Positions 52,112 to 62,742 of a stretch of 64,000 bases of DNA are shown piece by piece; position 1 is the stretch's first letter; every line of letters begins with the position of its first letter. The stretch is from assembly GCA_000146465.1 (NCBI GenBank), contig CP001944.1; one strand, written 5' to 3'. The notes beneath the pieces were generated by a model that worked only from the letters and a program-made list of their open reading frames with translations, was not told where the DNA came from and ran no database searches. Position numbers and translations under genes: made by a program.

Positions 52112-55100
52112 CTATCCTAGAACTTGGAATCTTTCCAGCAGATCCTTAGTATCCATCGTTTCTATATCCGCGTTTTGCTGGGAGACTAGGCTGTTTGCAA
52201 CAAACATTTTAAACGACTGGAGGTTCATAACCTTTTCCTCTAAGGTGTTTTTAGCTATGAGTCTAAAAACATTCACAGTTCTTTTCTGACCTATTCTGTG
52301 AGCTCTATCCATGGCTTGGAGATCATTAAAGGGGTTCCAATCGTGCTCATACATCACAACAGTATCTGCTCCAGTAAGGTTAAGACCTAACCCTCCGACT
52401 TGCGTGGTGAGAAACAATATCTGGGTTGTACCCGTGTTGAACTCCTCAGCAATCTTAGCTCTAGTCGAGCTAGGTACGGATCCGTCTAGTCTTGAGTACT
52501 TGAATTTATACTTCTCCATGATGTCCTTTATAACAAAATCTATGCTGGATTTGAACTGAAAAAAAATAAGTATTTTGCTTCTTAAATCTTCTCCTCCGCA
52601 AAGGGAAATTATATCTTCAAGTGCTTTGACCTTACAAGACACTTCACTAGAATCCTTGAAGTGGCTCATATGGGAAACCGCAAGCAAAAGATCTCTTGTC
52701 CTTTTGAACCCGACGTTCTTCTGGTCTATCTTTCCATACTCCAGGTCTACATCTTCAAGTTTCTCCTTGCCCCCTCTTTCATTAATCTCACGATATAGCT
52801 TTTCCTGGGCAGGCCCAAGGTCAACAATTATGTCACGAATTATCTTTGGAGGAAGGTCTTTCAGTACATCGATCTTCAATCTGCGGAGAATAAATGGAAG
52901 AACTTTTTTGTGAAGAAGGTTAAGTTTTTCCTGAGTTTTTTCTATTTCAGTATCAGACATCTTTACATTCAACGACCCATACTCTTTTTCGGAACCAATG
53001 TAATTGGGCATTAGGAAGTTGAAAAGGGATACCAGATCCTCTACACTGTTATGCACTGGAGTTCCTGTCAGAACTATCTTTCGAGAGCACTTTATCATAT
53101 TCATTCTTGAGTATAGAATTGTGTGTTTGTTCCTAAGAACATGCCCTTCATCAACTACAACGTAAAACCAATCCTTCTCAATAAAGCTTAAATAGTCATT
53201 CCTAAATGTTTCATAGGAAGATATCAAGATTCCATATTCTCCTCGGTTTTCTCTCCTGTAAATCTCTGCAGTTACGAAGGGGAAAAACTTCTTAACTTCG
53301 GCTTTCCAATGCCCAGTAAGGCTTGAAGGACAGATTACTAAGATCTTCTTCTTTGTCTTATAAATCTCGGAGCAAAGGAAAGTCAACACCTGCAAGGTCT
53401 TTCCCAGACCCATGTCATCCGCAAGAATTCCGTTGAGACTGAATGAATGGAGAAAATTCAACCATCTTACCCCCTCTATCTGGTAGTCTCTAAGTTTGAC
53501 TAGTATTGGGCATTTTATATGATACTCTGGGATCTTCCTTACATCAAGTAGCGAGTCAAGGGATTTTTTCTCATTTTCAATCACCTCAAGTAGATCCTTA
53601 GATATCTTCTCGTTTGTTCTAAACCCAAGAGTTGGAATAATCTTTGAAAATAGTCTTGAGGATGTCTTCCGATTTACATCACTTGAGATGTTTTTAAGAA
53701 GTGGCCTGACAAACAAAGGATTGAAAGAATGATCCCCGTTCATCAAGACAGCATCAAGAAGCTCAACATCTAGATTTTCAAGTGCCTTCCTCACAAACTT
53801 CTCATTGAACTCCAGAGATTTCATAAATCCATTGATTACTGTGATATTTCTCTCCTGAAGTGCATCATCAAATATAAACGCTATCTTTTGAATCTGCGAG
53901 GCTTTTGTGTATATATGAACAGTTTTTGAGAAGAAGTCCAGTCTGTTTTCCAGGCTTCCAACCTGCAAAAAGAAGGGATGATCAAGAAATCTACCATCAA
54001 ACCCCTCAAAGAACCGAAGAAACCCGTTCCTTCCTGAAGACAATCTTTCATATGCAACCTGGAGAAAATTGTCGACAGAAATCTTCTTTGCATCATAGTA
54101 CTCCACTATCATTTTAGAGAACAGATCCAGGAACTGGATGCAGGTCTCAACTTCAAATAGGGCTGGTGCATTGCAAAGACTAGGAAATTCAATAGATGCT
54201 ATCATCCTAACATAGTCTATATATAAAGGATCCACCATTGGATGGATTGAATGGATCTCGGGGTTACTAAGTTTTTTCTTAAACTCTTTCTGAGGTGCCA
54301 TTCTGAGATCCTTGCATTTGCCAAAGTAATCTCCTAACTCTTCTATACTTCCAGACATCGGAGTCCCACCTTTATGAAGTTCCTGGGCAGACCTATATAA
54401 TGCAAGAAAAGTTCTGTCTATCATAGTCTCATTGCCAGTCTGCAAATCTGGAAATTCATTCTTCATAATGCATTCAAATAGAAGACATCTGTTCTTTAGT
54501 ATCTCATCCTTTCCTATTACATTTATCCCACTCTTTGTGAAATAGAGGTCTTCGTAGGAAACAAAATCGTCTTCTCTGTAAGGCTCATACAGACTTCCCC
54601 CAATGACGTTCATGAAATGAATAATCAAGTTTCTTGGAAGGTCCTTGCGTTTCTTGAGAATCTTAATTGCTAACTTTCTTATCTCTTCCTTTTCCTCTAT
54701 TAGAACCACTTCTGCCACAAGGAAGTCGATCGACTCTTCAGAGAGATTTTCTACCATATTCAAAATACTGGTCCTGACCTCAGGAACCGGAGAAGTAAAA
54801 CACGGGAATATATCTTTCAGCCTTTCTGGAGGAATGGAGAACTCTGGATTTTCCCGATATATCTTGGTCAGGAGAGAAAGATTGGATGTTTTTGAGACCG
54901 AAATAACCTCTTCCGATTCAATGTTTTGCCAGCACTTGTCAAGGACTGTATCAATTCCGTCTATTATTGAGAAGTGGCAGAGAAGCTCTGCACTGAGCAG
55001 CTTTATGTCTTCGTCCGGGCTACTTAGAAGGGATACAAGCTTCTTGCAAAGCCCATTCTTGTCTTCAACAAACTCCTTCAAATATCCAAGTGCTATAAGT

Positions 55101-55885
55101 CCCGAAAACTGGACTTGCCAGTCTTCATTGTCCAAAAATCTAAGCAGTTGCTCTATTATGTCATTTGGCCCTATTAAAGGATATATATATGACAGAAGAT
55201 ATGCAGCTGCATCTCTTACCGGTGCTACAGTTCTATCTTCCACAAAGTCATTGAATTTATCTGTGACAAGAATTTCATATATCTTTGAAAAGAGCTTAGA
55301 GTCAATTCTTATTTGAATTTCTCCTTCTCTTTTGTCTATTTCCGAAAACATTGCTGCAAATGCAAGAAATGCTCCATGTCTCTTATACCACTCATAACTC
55401 AGTAGATTATCACTTATTTGTTCAAAAAAGTCAAACACATTTTCAATCGGTTTCTCTTCCACCTTCTGTCTTTTGATGGTTTCCCCGCTTCCTGCCTTGA
55501 AGTCGATGTCGCTCAGGAAGTTTGTCTCCACATGCTCCAGCTTTGCTATCTTCTTAATCATTCTCTTCTGCTCCTGGACAGATGGTGCTTGTACATTGAA
55601 TTGCTCTCCTGTCGATCCCAAATATATGCTAGTGCCTTTCTTGTACTCAATCTTGAAATTAGTCACAAGCTTAAACTGGAACATCAGAGACTTGAGAATC
55701 CGGGCCCCATTTTTTCTATCCTCACTCCCCTGCCCACACAAGAGCCTGTATGTTTGCTTAAGAATATAAGGAGTGAAATCAACATACTCTTTTATTTGAG
55801 AAACCAGCTCATCCGTAGTATATTCCTTCAGAACTTTTGACTGGGCTGTGTTCAGTGTTGTGAAGAACTTTTCCAACCTATTCAT
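52112..55885 (-). CDS. MOT1: TBP-associated Snf2-family ATPase Mot1/BTAF1
   Basis: N-terminal HEAT repeats, then a Snf2 ATPase: 'LRDYQIEGVRWLNFLHSFSLNGILADDMGLGKTLQ', 'VVVDEGHVLRN', 'DWNPFNDLQAMDRAHRIGQKR'. 'accccaggaagtATG'. Confidence 0.9.
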   Translation of the reverse strand: MNRLEKFFTTLNTAQSKVLKEYTTDELVSQIKEYVDFTPYILKQTYRLLCGQGSEDRKNGARILKSLMFQFKLVTNFKIEYKKGTSIYLGSTGEQFNVQAPSVQEQKRMIKKIAKLEHVETNFLSDIDFKAGSGETIKRQKVEEKPIENVFDFFEQISDNLLSYEWYKRHGAFLAFAAMFSEIDKREGEIQIRIDSKLFSKIYEILVTDKFNDFVEDRTVAPVRDAAAYLLSYIYPLIGPNDIIEQLLRFLDNEDWQVQFSGLIALGYLKEFVEDKNGLCKKLVSLLSSPDEDIKLLSAELLCHFSIIDGIDTVLDKCWQNIESEEVISVSKTSNLSLLTKIYRENPEFSIPPERLKDIFPCFTSPVPEVRTSILNMVENLSEESIDFLVAEVVLIEEKEEIRKLAIKILKKRKDLPRNLIIHFMNVIGGSLYEPYREDDFVSYEDLYFTKSGINVIGKDEILKNRCLLFECIMKNEFPDLQTGNETMIDRTFLALYRSAQELHKGGTPMSGSIEELGDYFGKCKDLRMAPQKEFKKKLSNPEIHSIHPMVDPLYIDYVRMIASIEFPSLCNAPALFEVETCIQFLDLFSKMIVEYYDAKKISVDNFLQVAYERLSSGRNGFLRFFEGFDGRFLDHPFFLQVGSLENRLDFFSKTVHIYTKASQIQKIAFIFDDALQERNITVINGFMKSLEFNEKFVRKALENLDVELLDAVLMNGDHSFNPLFVRPLLKNISSDVNRKTSSRLFSKIIPTLGFRTNEKISKDLLEVIENEKKSLDSLLDVRKIPEYHIKCPILVKLRDYQIEGVRWLNFLHSFSLNGILADDMGLGKTLQVLTFLCSEIYKTKKKILVICPSSLTGHWKAEVKKFFPFVTAEIYRRENRGEYGILISSYETFRNDYLSFIEKDWFYVVVDEGHVLRNKHTILYSRMNMIKCSRKIVLTGTPVHNSVEDLVSLFNFLMPNYIGSEKEYGSLNVKMSDTEIEKTQEKLNLLHKKVLPFILRRLKIDVLKDLPPKIIRDIIVDLGPAQEKLYREINERGGKEKLEDVDLEYGKIDQKNVGFKRTRDLLLAVSHMSHFKDSSEVSCKVKALEDIISLCGGEDLRSKILIFFQFKSSIDFVIKDIMEKYKFKYSRLDGSVPSSTRAKIAEEFNTGTTQILFLTTQVGGLGLNLTGADTVVMYEHDWNPFNDLQAMDRAHRIGQKRTVNVFRLIAKNTLEEKVMNLQSFKMFVANSLVSQQNADIETMDTKDLLERFQVLG

Positions 55886-56184
55886 ACTTCCTGGGGTTAA
55901 TGAAATGCTTTGTATTTATATTTTCACGCTACAGCATAAACTAGATAGTCTGCATTCTTCAATGGTCATGAAATCCATTTATTCCTTTGCTTAAGACAAT
56001 AATCGTCCTTGTGACTTATTAGGTAGATTCCTTTTCACCTTGGGAAACCACACCAAGATCAATGTACAATATCCTGCCAAATACCTTTAGAATCTTAGCC
56101 CGAAGCAATTGGAGCATTTTCATCCGATTCAAAAAATAACTGGTAATTTCAAAACATAAAATAAAGTAATTTCTTTTGTTGAAA

Positions 56185-56460
56185 ATGGCAAAGAAAGAGG
56201 TTGTTAAACACGATTTTGATATTGAATATCCATTTTGGGATGACATAGACAAAGATAAAATTCAATTCAAAAAGTTGGAGAATGGATACTCAATAAGCTA
56301 TGGCGATGAGAAAGAACATGAGAATGAAAATAGAAGAGAGTATAGGTCACGGTCTATATCCTTCTCGCAAACTTATGGAGGAAGAAAGGTGAAGGATGCA
56401 AACATGGAGATTGAGGGAGGAAAAATAAAAGTAAAGGGAAGGTTTTGTGACGAAAAATAA
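56185..56460 (+). CDS. Hypothetical small charged protein
   Basis: The ORF-track start at 56176 is TTG and the ATG is at 56185. K/E-rich with no motif; could be spurious. Confidence 0.2.
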   Translation: MAKKEVVKHDFDIEYPFWDDIDKDKIQFKKLENGYSISYGDEKEHENENRREYRSRSISFSQTYGGRKVKDANMEIEGGKIKVKGRFCDEK

Positions 56461-56466
56461 AAGCAT

Positions 56467-57459
56467 TTACTGGTATTTTATCTTATATAGAATGATTGCT
56501 GTTAGAACCAGAGTAAGTACAATAAAACTTCTCAGAGTATTAATTAATGGATAGAACCATACTTCTGCCTTATGCCACAGCTCAGGGGGCAAGGAGGAAC
56601 TTTCGACCTTCTTTTTACAATATGGGCAGAAGGGTTTTTTTCCAAGGAGGCACCATCCCTTAATGCAGTCTTCATGGAAAGAATGGGTGCATACTAATGT
56701 ATGTATCTTTTCACTGCCATTAAATGATTTTGTGCAAATCATGCAGAGAGAGTTATTATTTCCTTTTCCAGGTACCCCTTCTTTGCTATAAAACCCTGTG
56801 GAAATGGCCACAGTCTCGCTTAAAAAGAAAATAACCTCTCTGCTTAGAAGCCCGAAATACAGGAAGAACAGCAAAATGGAAAGAGAATATCCAAGGTTCT
56901 TCGGGTTCAGATAGAAAAATATGAAGGTAAGGGATTGCCCCAGAAGGATTCCTAAATTTGAAATGATGAACAACGTTTTAAACACGCCGTAAATGTCCCT
57001 CATCACATCTTTTCCAAGAGATCCCTTCAATACTCTAACCGTGTTGAAAAGTATAAAGCCGGAGAATCCTAGCCAGCAGAGGGGAAGAAAGTAGGACTGA
57101 ATGTAAAGAAAAAAACCAGGGGGAAACAACAGAAGGATGAAAAAAACACAGAAATCATGGCTCTTCTTGTTGATCCCCTTCCAGACAGCAAAGAATGTTT
57201 GGATGACAAGTGCATACACGGCTATTACTGCCATTTTCTGTAAAACATCTCCAAGAGTGGGCTGTCTTTCTATTATTATCACCTGCCTTACAGGCCTGTA
57301 CTCCCCAGCAATTCTATATTGGCTTGAATAGGCCACATTTTCAGAGTCATCAAAAAAAGACTCACTTTCGTACTTGGGGACTCTATTATTCTTGGAGTCT
57401 TTACTTTCTTTTTTCTCGGCTGCATGGCTTAACTTCTCGTTATTTTCTTCTTGGCTCAT
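56467..57459 (-). CDS. Membrane-anchored RING-H2 E3 ubiquitin ligase (RNF121-like architecture)
   Basis: Several TM helices, then 'CMICTKSF...HTLVCTHSFHEDCIKGWCLLGKKPFCPYCKK' (C3H2C3 RING). 'gtgccctaaATG'. Confidence 0.65.
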   Translation of the reverse strand: MSQEENNEKLSHAAEKKESKDSKNNRVPKYESESFFDDSENVAYSSQYRIAGEYRPVRQVIIIERQPTLGDVLQKMAVIAVYALVIQTFFAVWKGINKKSHDFCVFFILLLFPPGFFLYIQSYFLPLCWLGFSGFILFNTVRVLKGSLGKDVMRDIYGVFKTLFIISNLGILLGQSLTFIFFYLNPKNLGYSLSILLFFLYFGLLSREVIFFLSETVAISTGFYSKEGVPGKGNNNSLCMICTKSFNGSEKIHTLVCTHSFHEDCIKGWCLLGKKPFCPYCKKKVESSSLPPELWHKAEVWFYPLINTLRSFIVLTLVLTAIILYKIKYQ

Positions 57460-57578
57460 TTAGGGCACCAACAAATTGGTTTACATATCATAGAATTTAA
57501 TCGACCCGAAACAACAAAAATCAAAGTAGGTATGCGCTTATATGTCTTTAATTACTAGAATTTATGGGGAGGCTTTCT

Positions 57579-58247
57579 TTAATCTTTTCCGAGAAGCTTG
57601 CTGAGAGAACAGCGTATTGCTTCTGTTACCTTGTCTATCCTCTCGTTTGTTACGCTTAGATTCTTTGGAAATAAATGGCTAATATCACGAAGATAGACCG
57701 GTTTTGGGGTGCTGAACTTTTTGAGGTTGCAAAGACGATTCAGCAAAAAGACGAGATTCTCATGTCTTTCCTCCATGTTCAGGCATTCTTGAATGTACTG
57801 GAGAATGTTCTCCAGGATATTGTCATAATCGTATATAGCCTCCTTCAGCTCAGATATCTCACATATCATTATACCTTCCTTTCTTTCAAGTTCCCTTAGA
57901 TGAGCTATTCTCTTGTCCCTCCATCTTTTGGCTGCAATCCGATTTCTTTCTTTTTTCCATATGCTTTTTATCCTTTCCTGATCAGACTGCCTTATAGAAG
58001 ACTCAAAGATGTCCATTGGATGGCAGAATTGGTTTTCCTGCTCGGCGATATACCTATATTTTTCCTGATGAATTGGAATCCTATTCTCCAAAAAACTTGG
58101 CCCAAAGAAGTAGTACGGATGTATGTAAGGCTGATTTCCATCAATAATGGGCTTGGAATCGTATATCCCATGTGTACTTTTTGGATACTCGTTTTCATAA
58201 TTGATATTCTTTTCTCTGCTTTCCATGAAATGGTCAATCTCTCTCAT
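57579..58247 (-). CDS. bZIP-like transcription factor
   Basis: Basic region 'ERNRIAAKRWRDKRIAHLRELE' fits N-x2-AA-x-R-x-R, followed by a heptad-rich zipper. Confidence 0.45.
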   Translation of the reverse strand: MREIDHFMESREKNINYENEYPKSTHGIYDSKPIIDGNQPYIHPYYFFGPSFLENRIPIHQEKYRYIAEQENQFCHPMDIFESSIRQSDQERIKSIWKKERNRIAAKRWRDKRIAHLRELERKEGIMICEISELKEAIYDYDNILENILQYIQECLNMEERHENLVFLLNRLCNLKKFSTPKPVYLRDISHLFPKNLSVTNERIDKVTEAIRCSLSKLLGKD

Positions 58248-58624
58248 CTATTCCATATAAGCGGGTGATGGACTGAAATGCTTTAATTTTAATTACTTCA
58301 GCCAATTAATTGCTTAATTTGTCTTTTGCCATAAGGTTCAGGTTGAAAGCAAAAGGATCTCTTCCTTTCTGTGATGGAAAAGAACCTGAATTCTGGAATT
58401 TCAAAGACTTGCCTATTCTGGGACCAAAATAATCAATCCCCCTATTCATGATAAATTAGTATTTCCCACCCCTAGGGAGATGTCTGAAAGTATGACATGG
58501 AAGGAGTTTGTGGAAAATAGGAGAGTTCAAGCCTCCAATCTGCTTCTCACCCACGGTTTTATGATTGAGTCGTGTCAAAATCATCCATTTAAAACAAAAA
58601 TTATAATCTTAAACAAACAACATA

Positions 58625-59164
58625 ATGGAAACGATCAAATGTGTTCTTGTGGGAGATCCATCGGTGGGGAAAAGCTGGTTAATAAGCACATTTATAACAG
58701 GTAGGAATCCAGAAGGTTATATCCCGACTCTTTTCAACAACTACAGCAAGGTTGTTAGTACTGGAGATAAAAAGTACAACATGACGCTGTGGGATACAGC
58801 TGGAAGCGAAGAATACAACAAACTGAGGAGCTTGTCTTTTCAGGAAACAGATGTTTTTCTGGTATGTTACGCTGTTAATAACATCCTCTCGTTTCACAAT
58901 ACCAGGAGATGGATAGAAGAGCTTGCTGAGTACGATGTCCCGATGATCTTGTGTGGTACCAAGTGTGATATAATCGACGGGAACATTGTAGACCGAAACC
59001 TTCCGATAAAGTTAAGCAAGGAGTACAAACTATATGGATTCATGGAATGCTCTTCCATAGAGCTAATAAATGTAAAAAGGGTCTTTGATGTAGCTCTAGA
59101 GGCAGCATTGAAGCCTCGTAAAAGCAAGTTTCGATCGATCTGGTTCTGCTGTAAGTGTGGATAG
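58625..59164 (+). CDS. Atypical Rho-family GTPase (Rnd-like; predicted GTPase-deficient)
   Basis: Rho-type 'KCVLVGD', 'YIPTLFNNY', 'LCGTKCD'. The catalytic Gln is replaced ('WDTAGSEEY') and the G12-equivalent residue reads 'GDPSVGKS'. C-terminal 'CCKCG'. Confidence 0.8.
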   Translation: METIKCVLVGDPSVGKSWLISTFITGRNPEGYIPTLFNNYSKVVSTGDKKYNMTLWDTAGSEEYNKLRSLSFQETDVFLVCYAVNNILSFHNTRRWIEELAEYDVPMILCGTKCDIIDGNIVDRNLPIKLSKEYKLYGFMECSSIELINVKRVFDVALEAALKPRKSKFRSIWFCCKCG

Positions 59165-59264
59165 ATGTGGTAAGTGTCCAAATAAATATTTTTATAGTAC
59201 TCTAGAAAACACAACATATGCTTTCCGATGTGCTGAAATATCCCTGGAATTAGCCCTTTCAGGG

Positions 59265-59744
59265 ATGAGAAGAAGACAAAGAAGACAAAGCTCAAATATA
59301 TTCCACATGCTCACAAAGAACCAGATAGTTGAACTTAGAGAGGCTTTTAACTTCATGGATGTTAACAGTGACACATTTGTTGATAGAGCGGATCTAGAGA
59401 GCTTTCTGGAGTCAATAGGAGCACCTTTTTCAAGCGAGGAAATTGATGAGATGATGGCCGAGGGAGGAGACAGCATGACATATATGTTATTTCTGACAAT
59501 GATAGGAGAAAGGCTTAGCTGCACTGATACAGAAAAGAACATCTTTAATGCTTTAAAGGAGTTTGATGACAATGGGGATGGGACAATCGATGAAAAGCTG
59601 CTAAGGACATGGCTTACAGAAAAGGGAGACCAAATGGCAAGGGAAGATGTTGACTTGCTCCTAAGGGGTTGTGCAGAAAACGGAAGGGTGGATTGCAGAA
59701 GCCTGGCAACAAAAATAAAGTACGGAGAAATCATCACTGAATAA
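59265..59744 (+). CDS. Myosin regulatory light chain (EF-hand)
   Basis: 'SNIFHMLTKNQIVELREAFNFMDVNSDTFVDRADLESFLESIG...YMLFLTMIGERLSCTDTE' is collinear with MLC2. The start was set to ATG 59265 ('gccctttcagggATG'); the ORF-track start at 59157 would overlap the Rho gene. Confidence 0.75.
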   Translation: MRRRQRRQSSNIFHMLTKNQIVELREAFNFMDVNSDTFVDRADLESFLESIGAPFSSEEIDEMMAEGGDSMTYMLFLTMIGERLSCTDTEKNIFNALKEFDDNGDGTIDEKLLRTWLTEKGDQMAREDVDLLLRGCAENGRVDCRSLATKIKYGEIITE

Positions 59745-59807
59745 ACATTTTTCTCTTGTAATTTCCGTCCATAAAGAAAGAGATTGAAAATAAATCAATT
59801 TACTTTA

Positions 59808-60449
59808 TCACCAAGGATTTCGAGGGAAGGTCTCCTGAACCTTGTCTAGCTCATTCAGTATGACCGTCTGCTTCTGTCGTTCCTGTAGTGCGTTGTCCAC
59901 GTCTCTTAGGATCTTCTCCCCCATTCCCCTTAAATCCTCCAAAAAATCAATCACCTCTCCTTTGTTCTGTATGACAGCAAGCTTTTCTTTTTTCTCCAAA
60001 GGTAGATACGTCCTATATATGCGGTCTAAGAGAGTACACTTTCCCTCTTCTTTTTTGAGGCGGTTATAAACTCCACCAAAGATCTTTCTGTATATTTGCA
60101 GGCATCCATCTATTTTTGACTTAAGCTTCTCTGACCTCATTCTTAGTCCACCTATTTTTTTCCGCAGGAAGTCATACGAGTCATTAATTCTTCTACATGC
60201 ATCCATCTGGAGAGACTTCCTATGCTCGATTTCATCTCCTTTCAATAGTACAGGCATCATAGTTGGATCACTTGTCAGGGAAATGTTCCATAGAGTCTCT
60301 GGAAAGTCCAAAGGACGTGCGAACGGCCCATCAACCTTGTTGTAGAACACATATTTGAACTTATAGTTTTGGGATGATGGATCATAGCTCTTTTCGATGT
60401 TATCTATTAAGGTTAAGAGCTCCTGGTCTTTCTGCATCTTATATTCCAT
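59808..60449 (-). CDS. Hypothetical coiled-coil protein
   Basis: The ORF-track start at 60545 is TTG; the ATG at 60449 has a CCC motif. Predicted helical with no motif. Confidence 0.35.
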   Translation of the reverse strand: MEYKMQKDQELLTLIDNIEKSYDPSSQNYKFKYVFYNKVDGPFARPLDFPETLWNISLTSDPTMMPVLLKGDEIEHRKSLQMDACRRINDSYDFLRKKIGGLRMRSEKLKSKIDGCLQIYRKIFGGVYNRLKKEEGKCTLLDRIYRTYLPLEKKEKLAVIQNKGEVIDFLEDLRGMGEKILRDVDNALQERQKQTVILNELDKVQETFPRNPW

Positions 60450-60523
60450 GGGCTCTTCTGGCCGGAAGGGTTTAATAAAGAAACTTGTACAATAAATTTT
60501 AGTTTGTTTTTTTAACAGTGAAG

Positions 60524-61876
60524 ATGAAGTTAGAAAAGTCTGCAATCATGAGAAAAAAAAGACAAGGATACAGTGAATTCATCGTTGATGACACAAATTG
60601 GAATGGCCAAAGAACAATGCTGATAAAGTTGCATTCCATATATCAGATGTATCGGAGTGCGGGAGTGATTGGTGATGTACCGCCAGACATGCCTTCCAAA
60701 TCATTGTTAAAAGCATCAAGAGGAACCATTGCAGCTGGGTACAAGCTCCACCTCGTTAAGATGGCTCTTATTGATGAACGTCCATTCAAGTTCAACTTCG
60801 AATCTAGACGGTACTATTTCAAGAATGTAAATATCGTATTTCTTCTCGGAATGATCAAAAATAAGCCCGAGCTTGTTTACTCAATGCTTAGCAATGGTTT
60901 CCCTAACAACATCAACTCCTCGATTTTTGGAAGCCCGATGTTTCCAACCTACTTCCACCTCGCCTGTGCAATGCATCATAACATATTGTCTGTTTTCCTA
61001 AAGTTCTCTCCAAGCTACTCTCTATGCTGGAATGGTCTTACTCCACAAATGATTGCATCGTTTAGTGGAAAATCTTTGGAATCTAAACAACCTTTTAATT
61101 TTGTCTCAATGAAGCAGTATTTACTGTTGAATTCATTTAGAGGATTCAAGATTACCGAGACAGATGAAAAACCTATCTTCCTAATAGATTTTCTGTGCAT
61201 GGAAAACGACATGGAGGAAGCCAGAAGAGTACTCAACAGAAATCCAGAGCTGTCTAGAGTCAGTAAGATATGCTATCTAGCTCAAGATAACATAGAATGG
61301 ATTATGTTCTTAAGCAGGTACCAAACATCGGTGCATCAGGAGTTCAATGGAATCTCTCCCCTTCATATAAGCTCGATAAATGGAAATTTCGAGGGGCTCG
61401 TTGCACTTGTGGCGTTAGGAAGCTACATAAACTCTAGGGATCGTCAGGGAAATACACCAATGCATTACTGCGCAATGATGCAGCACTTCCGATGTCTGGA
61501 GTTGCTCATCAGGCTCGGGGGAAATATGAACATGGTAAACAGGGAAGGAATCAGCACAGAGGATATTTTAATTAGCCAAGGAAAAGTCTTTGATATTAAA
61601 GAGGTAGATCTAGAACTCCCAGAGGCCTTGTTCCAAACTCTGGGAGATTCAGTCGAATTCAGACATCATCTATCAATAATTGATAGGATCAAGTATAATT
61701 GTAACCACACCATCGTCAAAAAAAATAGATTCACAATAACATCATTGTTGAACTTGCCGCATAAGATTGATTACACAGAAGATTTGATTCAAAAGGTTCA
61801 AGGTGTTAAGGACACAAGGAGAGATAGCTATTCGCCTCGCCAGTCATTACAAATATTCTTGAAGAACATTCAATAA
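60524..61876 (+). CDS. Ankyrin-repeat protein
   Basis: 'GISPLHISSINGNFEGLVALVALGSYINSRDRQGNTPMHYCAMMQHFRCLELLIRLGGNMNMVNREGIS' contains consecutive ANK repeats. The ORF-track start at 60518 is GTG. Confidence 0.7.
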   Translation: MKLEKSAIMRKKRQGYSEFIVDDTNWNGQRTMLIKLHSIYQMYRSAGVIGDVPPDMPSKSLLKASRGTIAAGYKLHLVKMALIDERPFKFNFESRRYYFKNVNIVFLLGMIKNKPELVYSMLSNGFPNNINSSIFGSPMFPTYFHLACAMHHNILSVFLKFSPSYSLCWNGLTPQMIASFSGKSLESKQPFNFVSMKQYLLLNSFRGFKITETDEKPIFLIDFLCMENDMEEARRVLNRNPELSRVSKICYLAQDNIEWIMFLSRYQTSVHQEFNGISPLHISSINGNFEGLVALVALGSYINSRDRQGNTPMHYCAMMQHFRCLELLIRLGGNMNMVNREGISTEDILISQGKVFDIKEVDLELPEALFQTLGDSVEFRHHLSIIDRIKYNCNHTIVKKNRFTITSLLNLPHKIDYTEDLIQKVQGVKDTRRDSYSPRQSLQIFLKNIQ

Positions 61877-61898
61877 GACAATGTATTCGAAACCCTGA

Positions 61899-62351
61899 AT
61901 GGAGGGATATGGGAGCTGCAGAGTTGTTATTGGAAACGAAGCAAGAATGATTCCAGAGGAGGAAAGAGTAATCCCAGAACTCACCCACGAATGGAAGGCC
62001 TATGTTAAGGCATCCCCAGAAATAGTAAAAAGGGTTGAATTCAAATTGCATGACTCATTTAGCAATAGGTTGGTGAATGCAGAATATCCATTCGAAGTTG
62101 TAGAAAGAGGATGGGGAGAGTTTAGCATTCAAATTAAGATTTTTTTGTTTAACGGAGAAAAAATAATGACTAGCCATTTTCTACAACTCCATGGAGACTC
62201 CGATGTGGTAATAAGCGAAAGAGTCGATGAGATTGTATTCAAAGGCGAAAGTAGCCCGGATACTCCCTTGGATGAGGAAGAGGAAGAATATGAGAGGATA
62301 GAAACAAGTATTTTGGGAATGCTTGAAAAGTTTAAAGAAATTAATGAATGA
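61899..62351 (+). CDS. YEATS-domain protein (Yaf9/Taf14-like)
   Basis: 'THEWKAYVKASPEIVKRVEFKLHDSFSNRLVNAEYPFEVVERGWGEFSIQIKIFLFNGE' is the YEATS fold signature. 'aaaccctgaATG'. Confidence 0.65.
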   Translation: MEGYGSCRVVIGNEARMIPEEERVIPELTHEWKAYVKASPEIVKRVEFKLHDSFSNRLVNAEYPFEVVERGWGEFSIQIKIFLFNGEKIMTSHFLQLHGDSDVVISERVDEIVFKGESSPDTPLDEEEEEYERIETSILGMLEKFKEINE

Positions 62352-62742
62352 AGAAATCGCCAGAACAGACAAATGGCTTAGGATGCAGAAATATATTTGG
62401 CAAGAGTTGTATTTGCAATACTAATAAATGAGAGATTTTGTAGGAAATTTGTATTATTAAACTACTTGAAAGTTAATCCCAGATCTCAGATACCTAGCTA
62501 AAATTCCCCAAATAACACGGTTCTAGAAAGCATCCAAATGTCAACAATATTTTTCTAATACTTGCCGCTCAGTATAGAAAATTCAATTCCAGAATGGCAC
62601 TGAACTCGTATTGAATCATTTAACTTCATAAGGAATTAGAGTTCTCAGTGTAGTCCTATAGAAATCAACAGTTACTTTCCAAAAAAAAGGATCACAAAGG
62701 AATTAGGCTTCCTGTCATTTTTCCATCAATGCTTAGATTACG

